64,000 nucleotides of DNA from positions 232,678-296,677 of the forward strand of contig CAWKJD010000003.1 in assembly GCA_963849945.1 (NCBI GenBank), written 5' to 3'. How positions within the stretch are numbered: position 1 is the first letter of the stretch; the number at the start of each line of letters is the position of its first letter. Source of the stretch: an uncultured Bacteroidales bacterium (GTDB taxonomy: Bacteria > Bacteroidota > Bacteroidia > Bacteroidales > VadinHA17). Made by a program: the position numbers and the translations under genes. This document shows, in pieces, positions 60,363 to 64,000 of this stretch. Under the pieces are notes generated by a model, which was not told the DNA's origin, made no database searches, and worked only from the letters and a program-made list of their open reading frames with translations.

Positions 60363-62078
60363 ATGAATAAAAAAATACTGTTCCTCACTGTTGCTTTAAC
60401 AGTGTCTCTGACTATAAGTTCACAGAATGCCAGGGAAAAACTATTTCTTAGCCCTCTGAAGGAAGTACCCTCGCTGTCAGCGAGTTTCGCTGAGCTCAGG
60501 AATGACCATTTTCACTCGGGACTCGATTACAGGACCGGCGGAGTGACGGGTAAGGAGGTGTTGGCTGCTTCCGACGGGTATGTTTACCGTATAGCAGTCA
60601 GTCCGTCGGGTTTCGGTAAGGCTGTTTATATCCGTCATCCCTCTGGATATTCTACTGTGTATGCCCATCTTAAAAGCTTTCGTCCTGACATCGAGGAGTA
60701 TGTGAAAAAGAAACAATATGAACTCAGGAGTTTCAGCGTCTCTTTGTTTCCTGCCCGCGACCAGTTTAAAGTGATGAGGGGCGAATTGATTGCATGGTCA
60801 GGCAACTCAGGAGGGTCAACAGGTCCTCACCTCCATTTTGAGATCAGGGATTCATCAACTGAAGAGACATTGAACCCGCTGAACTTTGATATGGGGATAA
60901 GCGACAGAACCAGGCCTGTAATAGAAAAAATCATCCTCTACCCGGTTACAAGGCAGTCTTCAGTAAACAAGCGACATACCAGCCTGTCGATGAAAGCTGT
61001 TTCTTCAAATGGCTCTTACACCCTTCCTAACAGTGTAATACCTGTAATCTACGGTCAGACGGGAATAGGTTTAAAATGCTGGGATAACCTTGATAACAGC
61101 TCCAACAAATGCGGGATATATTCGATAGAGCTTCTGGTTGATTCAATAAAAGTTTATTGTTTTACGGCAGACCGTTTCTCTTTCAATGAATCAAGATATC
61201 TCAACAGCCACATTGACTACCCGGCCAAAATAGCTGATAACGAATACATTCACAAGTTGTTCATTCAACCGGGAAACCGCCTGTCAATGTATAACTGCCG
61301 GGTTAACAGCGGTGTTCTGAATTTCAGTGATAGCCTTGAGCACAATTTAATAATTATTGTCCGCGATGCTGCCGGCAACAAATCAACAGCATCATTCAGG
61401 GTAAGATCTCTGTCAGAGGCCCCCGTCAGCCCTCTCGAAATTACCTGCAGCAAAATCATTCCGTATGGAAAAGCCTCTGATTTCACGGCTGACGGTATCA
61501 GGATACACTTTCCTGTTGGAGCCCTGTATGACACGCTGTTCTTCGTCCATGATGTAAAAAGTTCAATCCGTACGTTCCTCTCTCCCGTTCATTCTGTGCA
61601 TAATAAGTACGTTGCCGTGCACGACAGGTACAGGCTGTCAATAAGGCCTGATACCGTCATCGTGGGAAAGGAGGAAAAGATGTGCCTTGCTGTGCTTGAC
61701 GAAAAAGGAAATCCTTTGTATTCCGGCGGTGACCTGCGATACGGTTATGTAAGCGGTGATGTAGGCATCCTGGGCGATTTCGTGGTCAGCATTGACACTG
61801 TGCCTCCGCAGATAAAGCCATCCTTTGCCTCAGGAGCAAACCTGGCTGGAAAGCAGGTATTTACGGTAACTATCACCGACGATTTCTCAGGCATAAAAAA
61901 CTATGAGACATGGATCGATGGTCAATGGGTGCTGGCGGAATATGACGCCAAGAACAACCTGCTGATATACAGGCCTGAGACACCTGTCTTAAAAGAGAAT
62001 GCCCTGCATCACATGGAACTCAGTGTCACCGACGACCGCGGCAACAAATCCATACTGAAGACAGAATTCAGATGGTAA
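60363..62078 (+). CDS. M23-family metallopeptidase
   Basis: HFHSGLD (HxxxD), YAHL, SGNSGGSTGPHLHFEIR (HxH), signal peptide. Confidence 0.9.
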   Translation: MNKKILFLTVALTVSLTISSQNAREKLFLSPLKEVPSLSASFAELRNDHFHSGLDYRTGGVTGKEVLAASDGYVYRIAVSPSGFGKAVYIRHPSGYSTVYAHLKSFRPDIEEYVKKKQYELRSFSVSLFPARDQFKVMRGELIAWSGNSGGSTGPHLHFEIRDSSTEETLNPLNFDMGISDRTRPVIEKIILYPVTRQSSVNKRHTSLSMKAVSSNGSYTLPNSVIPVIYGQTGIGLKCWDNLDNSSNKCGIYSIELLVDSIKVYCFTADRFSFNESRYLNSHIDYPAKIADNEYIHKLFIQPGNRLSMYNCRVNSGVLNFSDSLEHNLIIIVRDAAGNKSTASFRVRSLSEAPVSPLEITCSKIIPYGKASDFTADGIRIHFPVGALYDTLFFVHDVKSSIRTFLSPVHSVHNKYVAVHDRYRLSIRPDTVIVGKEEKMCLAVLDEKGNPLYSGGDLRYGYVSGDVGILGDFVVSIDTVPPQIKPSFASGANLAGKQVFTVTITDDFSGIKNYETWIDGQWVLAEYDAKNNLLIYRPETPVLKENALHHMELSVTDDRGNKSILKTEFRW

Positions 62079-62086
62079 TGCTCTAA

Positions 62087-62986
62087 TCAGAAGAGTTTTT
62101 CCGGATAGAGTCCCTTGTCAACCATCTTGCGTATGCTTTCAACGACAAATGGCTTGTCCTCCCGATAAGTGACCCCGAACCAGCGGCTGCTGCTCCTCAG
62201 TATCTGAATGGTTATTTCTCCCTTCTTCACAAATTTGTCAAGTGATGTTGGTATATCAAGCTCCGCCTTCGGATCGCTGATGCGCTCCTTAAGGAAGTTT
62301 TTGAACTCTTCGTTCAAATAACTGTAACATGAGGGCTTAAAGCCGAAGAGATTCATTGAGACAATTTCTTCACCGGTGTATTGATGTACAACACCCTGTG
62401 CATCAGGTGCAAAGATGCCATCTGGCTTCTTTTCTATACCGCGTGTCTCAACCATTGTCTCGAGGAAGCCGGCTTTGTTTACCTTGCATATACCGCGGTT
62501 TACCTGGCCGTGATCCGAAAGGGTGTTTCCGAGCCTGTATCCCACGATACAGAAATTAGTGTCTCTCTTGTCCTGCATAAGGAAGTCGTAAAGCACCTTG
62601 AATGAATCAACTCCGTAATAGTCATCGGCGTTTATGACACCGAAAGGTTCATGTATTTTTGGCTCGGTGACAAGGATGGCATGGCTGGTGCCCCATGGTT
62701 TCTGACGGCCTTCCGGCACTCTGTAGCCTGCGGGAAGGTTTCCCAGTTCCTGGAAAACATATTCAATCTGGATGACATTCTTAAGGCGTTTTACAAATGT
62801 TTCCTTGAACTGTTCCTCAATGTCACGCCTGATAACAAAGACTACTTTTCCGAACCCTGCCCTCTTGGCATCGTAAATGGAATAATCAATAATCGTTTCA
62901 CCTGACGGACCAACTTGATCAAGCTGCTTGTTTCCGCCATATCTGCTGCCCATTCCTGCCGCAAGTACCAATAATGTAGGTTTCAT
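62087..62986 (-). CDS. Sugar-phosphate nucleotidyltransferase-family protein
   Basis: LAAGMGSRYGG.KQ, KPWGT.HA, INADDYYG, WFGVTY.ED. Confidence 0.88.
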   Translation of the reverse strand: MKPTLLVLAAGMGSRYGGNKQLDQVGPSGETIIDYSIYDAKRAGFGKVVFVIRRDIEEQFKETFVKRLKNVIQIEYVFQELGNLPAGYRVPEGRQKPWGTSHAILVTEPKIHEPFGVINADDYYGVDSFKVLYDFLMQDKRDTNFCIVGYRLGNTLSDHGQVNRGICKVNKAGFLETMVETRGIEKKPDGIFAPDAQGVVHQYTGEEIVSMNLFGFKPSCYSYLNEEFKNFLKERISDPKAELDIPTSLDKFVKKGEITIQILRSSSRWFGVTYREDKPFVVESIRKMVDKGLYPEKLF

Positions 62987-63056
62987 CTGATTTAATGTTT
63001 TAGATCACACAATTATACCTAAATATTACGTACTTTCAAAACCTCAAAACATAGAT

Positions 63057-63803
63057 TTGTCTTTTCTGGTTGAAATATGTGTTGACTCTCTTGAGTCTGC
63101 CACTGTTGCCGAGGCTGCCGGAGCCGGAAGGATTGAATTATGCTCGGCTCTTTCAGAGGGTGGTATAACTCCCAGCGCGGGTCTGATTGAGTCTGTCCGA
63201 AACAATATCAGCATTGAAGTTAATGTCTTAATAAGGCCGCGGGGCGGAGATTTTCTTTACAGTGACAGGGATTTCAGCGTCATGAGGCGTGATATCGAGC
63301 GTGCTGGCGAAGCCGGAGCTGACGGTATAGTAACGGGTATCCTTAACAGGGATGGAACTGTTGATATCGAGCGTACTGCCCTGCTCATTGAGTATTCCTC
63401 TCCGATGAGGGTGACGTTCCACAGAGCCTTTGACATGTGTCGCGATCCTCAGAAAGCTCTTGAAGATGTTATAACTACCGGCGCAACAAGGATACTCACA
63501 TCAGGACAGGCACGCTCGGCAATTGAAGGCGCACAGGTTATAAAGGGACTGGTGGCAAATGCCGGCGAACGCATAAAAATTATGCCTGGAAGCGGGATAA
63601 CTGAATACAATATAGCACTCCTTGCTACCACCACCGGAGCCAGGGAATATCATATGACAGGACGGCACCAGAAGGAAAGCCTGATGACTTTCAGAAGGAA
63701 GGGAGTCTTCATGGGAGACCCCCGGCTCCAGTCTGAATATTCGGTCAGATTTGCAGACGGCGACCGGATCAGATCGGTAATTATGATTCTTAAAGCATTG
63801 TAA
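63057..63803 (+). CDS. cutC: Copper homeostasis protein CutC family
   Basis: RIELCSALSEGGITPS, IRPRGGDFLY, TFHRAFD, RILTSG. TTG start. Confidence 0.92.
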   Translation: MSFLVEICVDSLESATVAEAAGAGRIELCSALSEGGITPSAGLIESVRNNISIEVNVLIRPRGGDFLYSDRDFSVMRRDIERAGEAGADGIVTGILNRDGTVDIERTALLIEYSSPMRVTFHRAFDMCRDPQKALEDVITTGATRILTSGQARSAIEGAQVIKGLVANAGERIKIMPGSGITEYNIALLATTTGAREYHMTGRHQKESLMTFRRKGVFMGDPRLQSEYSVRFADGDRIRSVIMILKAL

Positions 63804-63909
63804 TTTAATTAAAGGTGTTATTTTTGACACCCGGTCCAGAGGGTCCGGGACTACACAGGTTATATTAATAAGTTTAATCACAGATTATTAACATAAATCA
63901 GGTTCTATT

Positions 63910-64000
63910 ATGAAAAGGATAACAGCACTGATGCTGACCTTGCTGCTCTCATTTTGGGTTACATCCGAGCAAAGCAGGGCATGTACTAATTTTCTTGTAA
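63910..64000 (+). CDS. Partial: exported Ntn-hydrolase, probably C69 dipeptidase family
   Basis: MKRITALMLTLLLSFWVTSEQSRA|CTNFLV, a signal peptide followed by an N-terminal nucleophile Cys. Truncated by the window end. Confidence 0.6.
   Translation, partial: MKRITALMLTLLLSFWVTSEQSRACTNFLV

Overview
A 64-kb chromosomal segment from a Bacteroidota organism, probably Bacteroidales. The assignment rests on TAnnTTTG promoter boxes, a T9SS C-terminal sorting domain, and DUF349-pyrG-yidC and zapA-6S-rny synteny. Most of it is housekeeping, metabolic and transport genes: trkH, tRNA-Arg, two tandem LeuC-LeuD-type aconitase-family fusions, a cobalamin-riboswitch btu locus, GH92, yidC, pyrG, queE, pyrBI, wecB, rny and cutC. 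I saw no integrase, transposase or CRISPR array. The most notable region is 35.5-43.5 kb. It holds a C39-peptidase ABC exporter, an ECF sigma factor, a secreted membrane-anchored TPR-CHAT (caspase-like) protease and a 45-aa double-glycine-leader peptide gene missing from the ORF track (41677-41814). It also holds a membrane TPR anti-sigma-like protein and a degenerate histidine kinase. Together these suggest a peptide-triggered proteolytic signalling (quorum-sensing-like) circuit. Other leads are an unassigned ~180-nt structured RNA at ~11.09-11.27 kb, an ERG4/ERG24-type sterol reductase cluster, a T9SS serine protease embedded in the B12 uptake locus, a PNGase-like transglutaminase beside GH92, a REP-like repeat cluster and two single-base frameshifts. 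All family assignments come from motifs read by eye, not database searches.
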